Shown here piece after piece: positions 50,799-64,000 of a stretch of DNA of 64,000 bases; positions within the stretch are counted from its first letter, which is position 1; every line of letters begins with the position of its first letter. Under the pieces are notes generated by a model, which was not told the DNA's origin, ran no database searches, and was given only the letters and a program-made list of their open reading frames with translations. Position numbers and translations under genes: made by a program. Origin of the DNA: Mustelus asterias (Eukaryota). The stretch covers positions 11,904,001 to 11,968,000 of the forward strand of contig NC_135825.1 of assembly GCF_964213995.1 (NCBI RefSeq). Direction: 5' to 3'.

Positions 50799-51419
50799 TA
50801 TTTGCTACCAAATAAACCTGTTGGACTTTAACCTGGTGTTGTTAAAACTGTTACTGTGCCAAGCTGTGCCAGGGGGCAGTACTGGGATGGACCCCAGTGA
50901 GAACCTCATGGGGGGGAGGCGGAGGTTTTTTCATCTGGTCATAGTGCCGTTTAAACATGGCACCCCGAGCTCAGTGCAACTGGGCGTTGCTGACGGGTTG
51001 AGTGCCGCCCCCCCACCCCTCCCTGCCCCACCGACAGGACAGCATGAAACACGCCCACCTGTTTCTTTTTTGATAAGATCCAGACATTTCTCACTGGAAC
51101 CAAGAATCGGCCAAATTCTGGTGAAATCAGCCCCCCAGTGTCTCTCTCAGTGAGTTTGGGGTTTTCCAGTTGTGTTAATCGCAGAGCTCCAGAGTAATTA
51201 TAAAAAAACAGCATTTACCATTCCTGAATAAAAGTCACCCTTCCTGCTCACAGGTCGGATAAATTAATTCTCTTTACAAAATATCTCAACCAGTATTTTA
51301 CTGTGAAAGTTCCTGTCTTCAGAGAAAGACACTCTGCCTTCAGAGGAAATAAAGTTTCACTCTGAATACTTGTTCAAAGTGGTGCAGGACAGAGGGAGAG
51401 ATTCTCAGCAGGAGTACTG

Positions 51420-54400
51420 AGGGTGAGTAAAGTGCTGTGATTTATTTATTTATTTAATCCGTTTTTTTCGCAGGCTTTTTTCAAGGGTTTAAACTCTGAG
51501 GAAGTGGGAGTAGGCTGCAGGGGATTCTGGGAGATTGTGTTTTTTAGTATAAAAGTCACTCTATACGGCGGTCAGCGTCTGGAGCGGGCAGTAGAGTGAG
51601 TGGGAAGCAGAGTGAAAGCTGTCAGGGCTTTGGCCCACAGGGCTTGGGCGGTAAGGGCGAGGCAGGGTAAGTTATTTTTATCCAGACCTTTCCAGGATAA
51701 GGGTAACTATGAATGATAGGCCAGTTCGGTGCTTCCGGTGTGGGATGTGGGAGTTCCTGGAAACACCTAGCCTCCCGGCGGTTCACATTTGCGCCAGGTG
51801 CGTGGAACTGCAGCTCCTGAGGGACCGCATCACGGAACTGGAGCTGCAGATTGCTGACCTTGGTCTAGTCAGAGAGAATGAGAGAATAATTGACATGAGT
51901 TATAGGGAACTAGTTACACCGGGGCATCGGGAGGAAGACACATGGGTCACAGTTAGGAGGAGTAAAGGTCAGAAGGGTAACGTACCAGAGAGTACTCCAG
52001 TGGCTGTCTCTCATAATAGGAAGGGCTCGGCGACAGGTGTGAGAGGGGAGGGGAGTGAGCAATTAGTGGAGGGGTCACCTGTGGTTGTCCCCCTCCAAAA
52101 CAAGTATATTGTTTTGGATAGTGTGGAGGAGGATGACTCTCCAGGGGTAAGCCACAGTGACCAGGTCACTGGCACAGAGTCAGGCTCTGTGGCCCGGAAA
52201 GGAAAGAGAGGGGTGAGGAGAGCAATAGTGGTGGGGGATGCGTCGGTTAGAGGCACGGACAGGCGATTCTGTGGGTGCGAACGGGACTCCAGGATGGTAG
52301 TCTGCCTACCTGGTGCTGGGGTAATGGATGTCTCCGAGCGGATAGGAGGCATCTTAAAAGGGGAAGATAAAGAAACAGATGTCATTGTACACATTGGTGC
52401 AAATGACGTAGATAGGAAGAGCAGGGGGATCCTATGAGAGCAATTCAGGGAGTTGGGAAATAGGCTAAAATGTAGGGCCTCCAGGGTGGCCATCTCTGGG
52501 CTGCTCCCAATGCCTCGTGCCAGTGAGGCTAAGAATAGGGAGTTAGTACAATTGAATGCTTGGCTAAAGGACTGGTCCAGGAGGGAGGGCTTCATTTTCC
52601 TAGATCAATGGGAAGTTTTCAGGAGAGGATGGCACCTGTACAAGAAGGACGGGTCACAACTAAGTTGGAAGGGCATGAATATCATGGCTGGGAGTTTTGC
52701 TAGTGCAGTTCGGGGGGGTTTAAACTAGTATGGCAGGGGGGTGGGGATCAAAATATTAGGTCTACAAGTGTAGAGGCTGGGGACGAGCTTGGGGCTGGGA
52801 CAAGGCTGGCAAAGAAGAAGAGCACTCTGGGGGAGGATGACCTCACTGGGCCTGGAGGTCTGGAGTGCTTATACTTCAATGCAAGGAGCGTAGCAGGTAA
52901 GACAGACGAACTTAGGGCCTTAATGCTCACGAGGAATTTGGATGTGGTTGCGGTGACAGAGACTTGGTTGAAAGCGGGACAGGACTGGCAGCTGAATATT
53001 CCGGGGTACAAGTGTTTTAGGCGAGACAGAGGAGGGGCCAAAAGAGGTGGGGGAGTAGCAGTATTAGTTGGAGAGCATATTACAGCGGTGCAGAGGGAGG
53101 ACAATTCAGAGGGGTCGTGTAACGAGGCACTCTGGGTGGTGCTTAGAAACAGGAAGGGCGCAGTCACTATGTTGGGGGTATACTACAGGCCCCCCAACAG
53201 CCCAAGGGAAGTGGAAGAACGGATATGTCAGGAGATACTGGATAGGTGCAGGAAAAATAGGGTTGTTGTAGTGGGAGACTTCAATTTCCCTGGTATAGAC
53301 TGGAAATCGCTGCGAGCTGGGACTCTGAATGGGGACGAGTTTGTAAAATCGTACAGGAGGGGTCTTTGGAACAATATGTAGATAGCCCGACTAGAGAGGG
53401 GGCTATACTGGACCTAGTACTGGGGAATGAGCCCGGTCAGGTCTTCAAAGTTTCGGTAGGGGAACATGTAGCAAATAGTGACCACAATTCTGTTAGCTTT
53501 AGGATAGTGATGGAAAAGGATGAGTGGTGTCCCAAGGGTAAGGTGTTGAATTGGGGGAAGGCTAACTTAAGTGGGATTAGGCATAAATTGGCAGCTCTTG
53601 ATTGGGAGAGGCTGTTTGAGGGTAAATCCACATCTGGCATGTGGGAGTCTTTTAAGGAACAGTTGTTAGGGCTACAGGACAGGCATCTGCCTGTAAAAAA
53701 GGATAGGAAGGGTAGGATTCGAGAACCGTGGATAGCCAGGGAAATTGAGGGACTGGTCAAAAAGAAAGGAGAGGCGTATGTCAGGTCCAGGCACCTAAAA
53801 ACAGAGGGAGCTCTGGAGGAGTACAAAGAAAGTAGGAAAGAACTCAAACGGGGAATTAGAAGGGCAAAAAGGGGTCACGAAATGTCCTTGGCAGACAGGA
53901 TTAAGGAGAATCCCAAGGCATTTTATTCATACGTTAGGAACAGAAGGGTTGTCAGGGAAAAAATTGGACCTCTCAGGGACAAAAGTGGGGAATTATGCTT
54001 GGAGCCCAAAGAGGTAGGGGAGATCCTAAATGAATACTTTGCGTCGGTATTCACAAAGGAGAGGGATGTGTTGACTGGGAGTGTCTCGGAGGGGAGTGTT
54101 GAACCGTTGGAGAAAAATCTCCATTACAAGGGAGGAAGTGTTATGTTTGTTAGAGAATATAAAGACTGACAAATCCCCAGGGCCTGATGGAATCTATCCA
54201 AGGCTGCTCAGGGAGACGAGAGATGAAATCGCTGGGCCTCTGACGCAAATCTTTGTCTCGTCACTGGACACAGGTGAGGTCCCAGAGGATTGGAGGATAG
54301 CTAATGTGGTCCCGTTATTTAAGAAGGGTAGGAAGGATAACCCTGGTAATTAGAGGTTGGTGAGCTTGACGTCCGTGGTGGGGAAGTTGTTGGAGGAGAT

Positions 54401-56074
54401 TCTTAGAGATAGGATGTATGCGCATTTAGAAAGGAATCAACTCATTAACGATAGTCAGCATGGTTTTGTGAGAGGGAGGTCATGCCTCACTAACCTGGTG
54501 GAGTTTTTTGAAGAAGTGACTAGAATGGTTGACGAGGGAAGGGCCGTGGATGTCGTCTATATGGACTTTAGTAAAGCGTTTGACAAAGTCCCTCATGGTA
54601 GGCTGGTGAAAAAGGTTGGATCTCATGGGATAAAGGGGGAGGTGGCAAGATGGGTGGAGAACTGGCTTGGTCACAGAAGACAGAGGGTGGTAGTGGAAGG
54701 GTCGTTTTCCAGCTGGAGGCATGTGACTAGTGGTGTTCCGCAGGGCTCTGTATTGGGACCTCTGCTGTTTGTGATTTATATAAACGATCTGGAAGAAGGT
54801 GTAACTGGGGTGATCAGTAAGTTTGCGGACAACACAAAATTGGCAGGACTTGCAGATAGTGAGGAGCATTGTCAGAGGCTACAGAAGGATATAGATAGGC
54901 TGGAAATTAGGGCAAAGAAATGGCAGATGGAGTTCAATCCTGATAAATGCGAAGTGATGCATTTTGGTAGAAATAATGTAGGGAGGAGCTATACGATAAA
55001 TGGTAGAACCATAAAGGGTGTAGATACGCAGAGGGACCTGGGTGTGCAAGTCCACAGATCCTTGAAGGTGACGTCACAGGTGGAGAAGGTGGTGAAGAAG
55101 GTATATGGCATGCTTGCCTTTATAGGACGGGGCATAGAGTATAAAAGTTGGGGTCTGATGTTGCAGATGTATAGAACGTTGGTTCGGCCGCATTTGGAAT
55201 ACTGCGTCCAGTTCTGGTCGCCACACTACCAGAAAGACGTGGAGGCTTTGGAGAGAGTACAGAGGAGGTTTACCAGGATGTTGCCTGGTATGGAGGGGCT
55301 TGGTTATGAGGAGAGATTGGGTAAACTGGGGTTGTTCTCTCTGGAAAGACGGAGGATGAGGGGAGACTTAATAGAGGTGTATAAAATTATGAAAGGCATA
55401 GATAGGGTGAACGGTGGGAAGCTTTTCCCCAGGTCGGTGGTGACGTTCACGAGGGGTCATAGGTTCAAGGTGAAGGGGGGGAGGTTTAACACAGATATCA
55501 GAATGACATATTTTACACAGAGGGTGGTGGGGGCCTGGAATGCGCTGCCAGGCAAGGTGGTGGAGGCGGACACACTGGGAACGTTTAAGACTTATCTAGA
55601 TAGCCATATCATAGAAATCATAGAAACCCTACAGTACAGAAAGAGGCCATTCGGCCCATCGAGTCTACACCGACCACAATCCCATCCAGGCCCTACCCCC
55701 ATATCCCTACATATCTTACCCACTAATCCCTCTAACCTACGCATCTCAGGACACGAAGGGGCAATTTTAGCATGGCCAATCAACCTAACCCGCACATCTT
55801 TGGACTGTGGGAGGAAACCGGAGTACCCGAAGGAAACCCACGCAGACACGAGGAGAATGTGCAAACTCCACACAGACAGTGACCCAAGCCGGGAATCGAA
55901 CCCAGGTCCCTGGAGCTGTGAAGCAGCAGTGCTAACCACTGTGCTACCGTGTCGCCCATATGAACGGAGTGGGAATGGAGGGATACAAAAGAATGGTCTA
56001 GTTTGGACCAGGGAGCAGCATGGGCTTGGAGGGCCGAAGGGCCTGTTCCTGTGCTGTATTGTTCTTTGTTCTTG
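51420..56074 (+). mobile_element. Near full-length, inactivated CR1 LINE: ORF1 (Zn finger, leucine zipper, SGNH esterase) and ORF2 (APE endonuclease plus RT); 5' boundary approximate
   Basis: CxxC..CxxC, IVVGDA, HIGAND; YFNARS, VTETWL, GDFN, SDH; YMDFSKAFD, GVPQGS, FADN; stops near 52437 and 54353, two frameshifts; (ttgttct)n tail. Confidence 0.95.
55610..55955 (-). mobile_element. HE1/V-SINE inserted in the CR1 ORF2 3' end
   Basis: 6-bp TSD ccatat at 55604-55609 and 55956-55961. Confidence 0.92.
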
Positions 56075-58429
56075 TGGATGAATGTACTTTATCAGAGCTG
56101 CATGTTTCACACTGGGAGCTTTATTCTCGATTGTCTAGTTTCACATAGTGATCAAGCTGTTGGCTAAACAGCTTTGACTCTCAGCATTCTTCACTGTAAC
56201 CTTTATTGATGTAGACGTTATCTCGGCCAGTTTGGTGTTCTGTCCAAAATTTATCTCTCCATCAACATTGCCAAGAAACAGATTATCTGGTGATTATGGG
56301 CGTGATTTTCCAGCCGCACTCGCCATGAAATCTGGAAAATCCCACCCTGAGGTCAACGGATCCTCCCATGGTCTGCCCCCCACCCGTTACTATTCCTGTG
56401 GCAGACGGAAGGAGAAAATTCACCAATTTTACTTTGCACTTTGTGGGATCTTGCAGTGCACAAATTGGCTACTGTGCTTCCTGCAGCAAATCTTCCAAAG
56501 TACATTACAGGCAGTAAGGTGCTTGGGGATGTTCTGAGGCGAAGGCACTGATAAATGCAAGCCATTTTTTCCAGTTGTTTAGTGAAGGGTTTTACAGTAT
56601 TCACCGACACCGTTTGACAGCTCCACTGCGTATATGAGTGAAGGTGGAAGGACAAGTTGAGAAGATTGTTAAAGAAAAACACATTTCAGATCCTTGGGTT
56701 TATTGATAGAGGGACAGAGTTACAAAAGCAAAGAAGTTATGCTTCACCTTTATGAAGCATTGGTTAGTCATCCATTGTGTTCAGTTCTGGGCAGGTAAAT
56801 GCACTTTCTAAATACAAGTTATTGTTGTAGTGCTTTGTTTGTTCTCATTATATTGACAAAGTTATAGTTGCTCATATTATCATTGCATTTTATTTGTTTG
56901 TAACATTTAGAGTATAACGTGCCGTGTATCAATCCTCATGAACATACAGATACAGTGAAACTGCAGTTTCAGTTTTAACAGATAAATGCTCAAATTGGAC
57001 AGACATTTAAAATGGTTGAATGAGAATCTCAGACTAAAACAAGTTGTATCTGTTTGAAAAAAAAACTCTGTGATGACAGTGAGTAAAGCTACACGCACTT
57101 AGAAACAACAGCAAGAATTTGAATAGTATTACATGAGAAATACTACACAGAAACAGGCCATTCAGTCCATCTATTTTTATAATCCACAGGAGCCCACTCC
57201 CAATCTATCAACAGGCTGGGATTGGTGTCTATAATTCTGCTTCCTCATTCTAATCAGGAGATTGTTGTGAAGCACCCCGAGGAAACCCACGCAGACACGG
57301 GGAGAACGTGCAGTCTCCACACAGACAGTGACCCAAGCCCAGAATCGAACCCGGGTCCTTGGCGCTGAGGCAGCAGTGCTAACCACTGTGCCACTGTGCA
57401 CCCTCACCTTTCTGTTTCCTTTTCTCTCACAAAATCACCTCCTCCACTCTTAAAAGCATCAAAACTATTTGCCTCAGTCTCTTGTGGTAGAAAGCTCCAC
57501 AGTCTATCATCATTCTCTGAGTAATGTTATTGCTCCTTATTCCCTTGTCGGATGTATTGGTAACTATCTTGTGTTAATCGCCTCCCAAAAATGGGAGTAT
57601 TTTCTTTGCAGGTACCTAATCCAACCGATTCAGCATTTTAAAGACCCCTGTCATGTCTCCACTAAATCTTCCCTTTTCTGATGAAAACTACCCTACCTGT
57701 CCAATATTTCCCTGTGGCTGCACCATCCCCATTCTAAAACATCCTTGTCAATCTTTTTTTGTACTTTCTCCAGTGTTTCTTTGTCATTTTTACAGTCCGG
57801 ACACCAGAGTTGTGCAAGGTGCTGTAAGTGCAGTCTAACTAAGGTTGTACATAACCTGGCTCCTTTTGAATTTGATCCCACTAGAATGAAATCTCAATGC
57901 TTTGTCAACACTTGAATTTTTTTACTGACCAGTTGTATGGCTTCTAATTATTTGTTAACCTGTATCTCTAGATTTTCTTGCCCTTCTAACTCATTTCAGA
58001 AGATTATTGTCTAAGGTAGAGATTGTTTATTATTTCAAAGTGCATCATCTTGCATTTATCTGGAGGAAATTTTATTTGTTACTTACCTGCCCAGTCTGCA
58101 AGTTTTCTAATCGATTTCTGTATTATGTTATACTCTGCCTCAGTGACAGCCACACACTCAATTTTGGCAGAACTTGCACATTTTCATAGGGTTACTTATT
58201 CCCAAGTCCAATTATTTATGTACATCATAATTAACAGTGATTTCCGTCCTGATTCTTGTGGGATATCACTTTCTATCTTCTTCCAATCTGAATAACTGTT
58301 CTTTTCTCAATTCCCCCCACTCTCTGATTTTTATTTTTTTCACCAATTTGCTGTCTTTTCAGCTTTTAGTTGAAAGGCAGTGGCGTTGTGGTATTGTCCC
58401 TGGACTAGTAATCCAGAGACCCTTATCCT

Positions 58430-60420
58430 AAAAACATGACCCCGAGTTCTGGATTCCCTCACCAATGAGAACATTCTTTCCGAATCTACCCTGTCTCACC
58501 CTGTTGGAATTTTATAAGTTTCTATGAGATTCCCTCTCACTCTTCTAAACTCCAATGAATATAATCCTAACGGACTTCGCGTCTCCTCATCCAACAGGAG
58601 TCAGCCTGGTAAACCTTTGTTGTACTCTCTCTATCACAAGCGCATCCTTCCTCAGATAAGGAAACCAGCACTGCACACAATGCTCCAGGTGTGGCCGCAC
58701 CAACGCCCTAGACAATTGCAGCAAAGCATTCACATTCCGAGATTCAAATCCTCTTGCTTTGAAGGCCAACATACCATTTGCCTTCTTTACTGCCTGCTGT
58801 ACCTACGCGCTCACTTTCAGTGACTGATGCACGAGGACACCAAGGTAGTGCTGAGTATCCGCCTCTCTCAATTTACACCCATGTGAATAATAAGCTGCCT
58901 TCCTGTTATAATCCAGGTCAGAAACTCCAAGGTATTTTATGAGGTCGGCTTGGACAATAAGTTTTGGATTTGAATTTGGCGAGTGTAACATGAGATGTTT
59001 CACTTCAAGTATGATTCAAATGACTCCCTCAGGAGCTTTTATTAAACAAAGTTTATTTAAGAATACAGTTAACACATAAAAAGAAAATTAGCAAAAGCTT
59101 TTACCAATTACAAACAAGAAAAAATAAACAACCATGATATTGTATCAATCTTAACAATTAAATGCACTGTTCTAATACAACAAACTCCTTCAAAACATGC
59201 ACCTGCCACAAGTTTAGCACAGAAAATGACAATGCTCACTTGATGCTGGAACTTAGTCCTTTGGTTGGATTCTGCAACTTTCTTGACACAGCACGGGCAA
59301 GCTTGAAGCAAGAACAGCTTCTCAAAACACGAGGGAGAGACAGAGAGAGAGAGAGAGAGAACGCTGCAGCCAGTCTGAAGTAAAACACCTTCTCACCCAA
59401 GACTGAAGGTGAATCCTTGGATTTCTCTGTGGAGGAACCATTTGACTTTTACTTGTCAATCAATCTTCCCACAACACTTCAAAAGATCGTAAAATGCCAG
59501 AAAATGAATTAGACCCAGAGTAAAAATGAACAAAACCTCATTTAACCAACTTACACAGCAATAAAAGGACTTCTAAGCAGGCAGCTGGTGCCACAACAAA
59601 AACAAAAGGCCGGCTCGCAAACTGCAGAGAACGTGATTTTTAAAAAAAACATTTCTTAAAGGTTCTGGAGTGTCACATTTCTATGATTGTTGCTGAAGTG
59701 GATAACCTCAAATTTATCTGCATTATGCTGCATCTGCCATGCCTGTCTAATTACGCTGAAGCATCTCTGCATCCTCCTCACAGCTTACCCTCCCACCCAA
59801 CATTGAATCATTTGCACACTTGGAGATAATATATTTAGTTCCCTCTTCCAAATCGTTAATATATAACATGAATAGTTGCGATTCTCACACAGATGCTTGC
59901 GGTACCCCACTAATCACTGCCTGCCAATTGGAAAAACACCCAATTATGCCAACTGTTTGTTTCTGATCTGCTAACCAGCTTTCTATCCATCACAAGACAC
60001 GACCCTCAATCCCATGTGCCTTAACTTTACACAGTAGTCAGCTATGTGAGACCTTGCCGAAACCCTTCTGAAAGTCGAAATAAACCACATCGACCAGTTC
60101 TCCTTTGTCAACTCTATTAGTTCCACCCTCAAAGAATTCCAATGGATTCGTCAAGTATGATTTCCACTTTGTAAATCCATGCTGACTTTGTCTAATTATA
60201 CCACTGCCTTCCAAATACTGAGCTGTGAAATACTGAGCTGTGAAATGGACTCCAGCAATTTCCCCAGCACTGACATTAGGCTCAGTAGCCTATAGTTCGC
60301 TGTTTTCCCTCTACCTTCCCTTTTGTGGGCTTGCATTAGTTACCCTCCAATCTGTAGGAACCAGTCCAGAGTCCAACTAATTTTGGGAAATGTCCACCAA
60401 TGGATCTATTATTTCCAGGG
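58430..60420 (-). mobile_element. Old CR1 fragment split by a solo LTR
   Basis: ALVRPHLEHCVQCW..ERVQQRFTR; degraded RT sequence continues past 59680. Confidence 0.75.
58904..59677 (-). mobile_element. Solo LTR (TG...CA)
   Basis: tgttataa...tgtcaca termini; internal polyA signals on the minus strand; same family as 10509-11458. Confidence 0.75.
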
Positions 60421-60772
60421 AATCCAAACCAGGAGCTCATTGTTAACTGATGAAATATGACAATAAAACCAAATTGGCAGCAGCAGTAAAACTGGAGGGA
60501 ACAACTCAGAGAGCACAGACGTATTGACAAAATAAGTTTGTGGACAGTTCATCGCGGATGAAGATTAATTGCAAAATAGGAAGGAACAATATTCATCACA
60601 TGCTCTACATGAATACTTTTCTTAATGAGTTATGTTAGTATATATTGCCATTTCAGATTCATCACAGTTTGTGTGTTGTTCTTTGGGAGCTATCATTGAA
60701 CCTTGACACATCCTCATTGTTAAACGAGTGCCTCGACCTCTCACCTCTTCAGGCTGACAATTTCTTTTGAAT

Positions 60773-60907
60773 CTACAGTGTTGCATATGTGACTCCATCC
60801 TCATTGTTAATGAACCGGACAATTTGCTTGCTGCGTGTTTCTGCTGAGTTCCCTCGATTGCGCTTTACACTGGCATACACAATGCTCTCTTCTACAACTG
60901 CCAATTG
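60773..60907 (-). CDS. Gene C terminal cytoplasmic exon with two ITIMs: QLAVVEESIVYASVKRNRGNSAETRSKQIVRFINNEDGVTYATL*
   Basis: Acceptor ttttttatattgcag, phase 0, 135 nt; IVYASV and VTYATL both match (I/V/L/S)xYxx(L/V). Confidence 0.82.
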   Translation of the reverse strand, partial: QLAVVEESIVYASVKRNRGNSAETRSKQIVRFINNEDGVTYATL

Positions 60908-63093
60908 CTGCAATATAAAAAATAAAGATCCAATTTATTTCCACTTAACTTGAATGGTGATTTGTGGAGAAATCGATTTCTAGATCATTGCAAATCAGTT
61001 TACAAGTGATCACAACATGAGATAATCTATCTCCAGCGGTGAAACACATCATTTGTCCCAACTCCACATAAACCTGTCCAGTTTATCTCATCAAAATAAC
61101 ATTCAAATCCTTTCCTTCCCATGTGCTTATCCAGCTTCTGTTTGAATGTATTTCAGCTGTTTGCCGCAACTGTTCCCTGTGGTGGAAAATTCCACATTCT
61201 GAACACTCTGGGTAAAGATGTTTCTCTTGAATTTGCTGTTAGATTCACCTTTTTGATTCACACATGGGATGTGGGTGTCGCTGGCTGGGCCAACATTTGT
61301 TGCCCATCTCTAATTGAACTGAATGGCTTGCTCGGCCATTTCACGGAGCATTTATGAGTCACATGTAGGCCAGGCCAGGTACGGGCAGCGGATTTCCTAA
61401 GGGAAATGTCCCGCAAGGACATTAGTGAACCAAATAGGTTTTTACAACAATCTACAATAGTTTCACGACTTTTAATTCCAGATTTTTATTGAGTTCTGCT
61501 TTGGTGGGATTTGGACCCAGATCCCCAGAGGATGATCCTGGGTCTTTGGATTACTAGCCCAGTGACAATATCACGACACCACTACCTGTTATTAATGACT
61601 ATCCACTATTTATGGCCACTGGTTTTGGTCTTGCCTGCAAGTGGAAACATCTTTGTTATCTCTACCTAAATCTTGAAGATCTCAAACAGATCGTTAATTA
61701 AAGAGAGGCCCAGCTTGCTGAATCTCGCCTTAAGTTTTTAATTTTCCAAGGCAAAATGTGATATGGCATTTTGCTGCCATCTAGCGAAATTATACTTCGC
61801 ACCCTCGACAGACCAGATGAAGATTTTGGGGTTTTAAATCGGCCTTTATTCACCCTTTAGCGAGGAAGTCTGCCTCCCACAAGGTGGCGTACTGGTACAT
61901 GGCATGCACCATTCTATCTTTGTGTATCTTACATATAATTCTCATACACCAATCACAAGTCAACATTTGTTCAGAACTCATTGATATCCAATTACAGCGA
62001 ATAGTTCTGACATTTATGTCAGGTAAATCTAGTTAACCAGTTATAGCCTCTATATGCTTGTCTAATTATAATGATTAATTACTAACAAGGTTTGCCTACA
62101 TGGTTACACCAACCAAACATCCACGCCTGCTGTTATGGCTTGTGATTATCAGAGTTCTCCCCCTCTGTCTCTTGGGCAGCTTGTGTGTGCTGCCCATCTG
62201 TAAGTGTGGGAGCTGCACTGAAACATCTTCACAGCAGTTTCCCAGTGAACCTGTAATTAATTCACAGGGGAACACTACTGCATTCAATGATGCTAATCCC
62301 TTCAGAATGATAGCATCTTTCATATTCCTATCTCACAGTAGAACCAGCAGCGATCCTAAATTAGAATTAGCTACATCCATATTTAACACAAAGAAGTACA
62401 TTTATTTGGAGCCTTCAACATAGTAAAATGCCCCAAGACAGAAACTAAACCAAGGAAGGAGATATTAGTGAAGGTGACCAAAATCTATCAAAGGCTTAAG
62501 GCAGACATTTTAAGGAATGCCATAAAGGGATAATGAAGTGATGAATTAGACAGAGAGGATTCCAGAGCTTAGGGACACGATGGGTGAAGTTACAGCAAAG
62601 CCAACGCTCATCACACAACAGATGGACTTGTTAGCGTTTGATAGCATTTTCTTATTCTGAAGTTTTGTTCTGTTTTGGCAGTAATACCTGAGACATTACA
62701 GGAATATACGAGAGTGTAAACTGAAAAATGTCATCAAATCCAAAGTTGGGATGCAATAATTAACGAGGTCTCATTTCTGACGGTAAAGCCAAGGTCTATC
62801 TCCCTTTATGCATTTCCAATTAGATTAAAGATTGGAGCCAATCCAAGGTGCAGTTCAGTAAAACAGCATCAATACATTTAAGGCAAATCTACAGAAGCAA
62901 ATGTGAGTGAAAGGAACAGAAGCTTATGCTAGTCGGGTTAGATAAAGAGGGATGGGAGGAGGCTTGTGTTGAGCATCAAATCCAGCATGGACTAGTTGGC
63001 CTGAATGGCCTATTTCAGTCCTGTCAATTCTATATCATCCAGGTTTGAAAATTTCCAGACATCAGTCAGAGAATTCATACTTCATCTCCTCAC

Positions 63094-63146
63094 CTGATTG
63101 TCAATAAGATTATCGTTATCTCTTCCATGGCTTATGTCATTTGTAT
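63094..63146 (-). CDS. Gene C penultimate cytoplasmic exon: xTNDISHGRDNDNLIDNQ
   Basis: Acceptor ttttcatttttcag, donor CAG|GTGAGG; 53 nt, phase 1 to 0, in frame with the ITIM exon. Confidence 0.72.
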
Positions 63147-63844
63147 CTGAAAAATGAAAATGTTAACATTGAAAAGGCTTTAATTGGAATGTTAGATATG
63201 CTTAGAATGTCTCAACTGAACATGTGTTGCAGGGTACATGGCCCCACATTGATTAGCATTGAAAGAAAGGCAAATGGGTTGTTATCATTTGCTGCAGAGG
63301 GGTTTGTGTATAAAATGGGGAATTGGTGAGGCCACACCTGGAGTGCAGTTTGTAGGTTTTGGCTCGAGGTAGGACATACCCACCCTCGGTTCACAGCGTT
63401 AATTCCCGATACGGGAAATTGTGTTATGAGGAAAGATTGAGTCGACCAGGTGTAATAATTCGAGGAGACTCGATGTGGTAAGTTACAAACTAAAGGATTT
63501 ATTGATTGAGAAGAACTCAATACAATGAAGGGTTTAACAGCACAACGATACAGGCCTACTCCTAACAATGTCCTGGCTTCAACAATAGCCTCCAGCCCCC
63601 GGGCTGCATGCCCTCACTCCCGATAGGCTCCCTATAGGCTGGTGCACTTGCACTCTATTGGTTACGGCCCAGTCACATGGCCCCTGAAGGATTACGCAAT
63701 AAAGGGGCAATGGTACCACACCAAGCCGATATTCTCTGCTGTTCAGCAGGATGAGCGATGATCACATTGAAAAAAAAAATCTTAATTGACTTCACAGGGC
63801 AGATATTGAGAAAATGTTTCCACTGACTGGAGAATCTAGAACAC

Positions 63845-64000
63845 AGAGTCCATAAGACCATAAGATATAGGAGCAGAATTAGTCCATTCAGCCGATCGAA
63901 TCTGCTCCACCATTCAATCATGGCTGATAAGTTTCTCAACCCCATTCTACCGACTTTTCTCCACAACCTTTGATCCCCTTCCCAATTAAGAATCTATCTA
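63845..64000 (-). mobile_element. CR1 3' end, runs off the window
   Basis: (cataaga)n tail and conserved CR1 3' UTR stem-loop region. Confidence 0.8.

Noticed and set aside
54357-56081. 574-aa RT ORF with a novel C-terminal extension
   Set aside because: The extension is read-through into an antisense SINE with a TSD; the element has FADN, stops and frameshifts.
62099-62197. Possible extra gene C exon (acceptor cacttacag, donor GTAGGC)
   Set aside because: Entering in phase 0 it exits in phase 2, which breaks the ITIM frame; the 63094 to 60907 join works without it.
1-64000. CRISPR arrays, rRNA or prokaryotic operons
   Set aside because: None seen; the sequence is intron-rich vertebrate DNA and most short ORFs in the track are spurious repeat translations.

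Overview
Repeat-rich vertebrate genomic DNA, almost certainly from a shark or ray (HE1/V-type tRNA SINEs, CR1 LINEs, Penelope elements). The minus strand carries a tandem cluster of three Ig-superfamily immune receptor genes of the CD300/pIgR-like (MDIR-like) type, reconstructed by hand from splice sites and exon phases. Gene B is apparently complete (~17.35-50.2 kb): leader-V-C2-V-C2-V-C2-TM-short tail, about 697 aa, with an N-x-x-R motif at the start of the TM as in FcR-gamma-coupled activating receptors. Gene A is 5'-partial (leader 10.1 kb, V, C2, continuing off the left edge). Gene C is 3'-partial (63.1 and 60.8 kb exons) and its tail carries two canonical ITIMs. Together these look like a paired activating/inhibitory receptor locus, with an excess of amino-acid change in the distal V domain. 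Introns hold two decayed Gypsy elements, solo LTRs, a hAT transposon, a near full-length CR1, Penelope elements with minimal hammerhead ribozymes, and a decayed endogenous retrovirus whose env resembles a pneumovirus-F-like (lokiretrovirus-type) protein. Gene models have no transcript support here, and no database searches were run.
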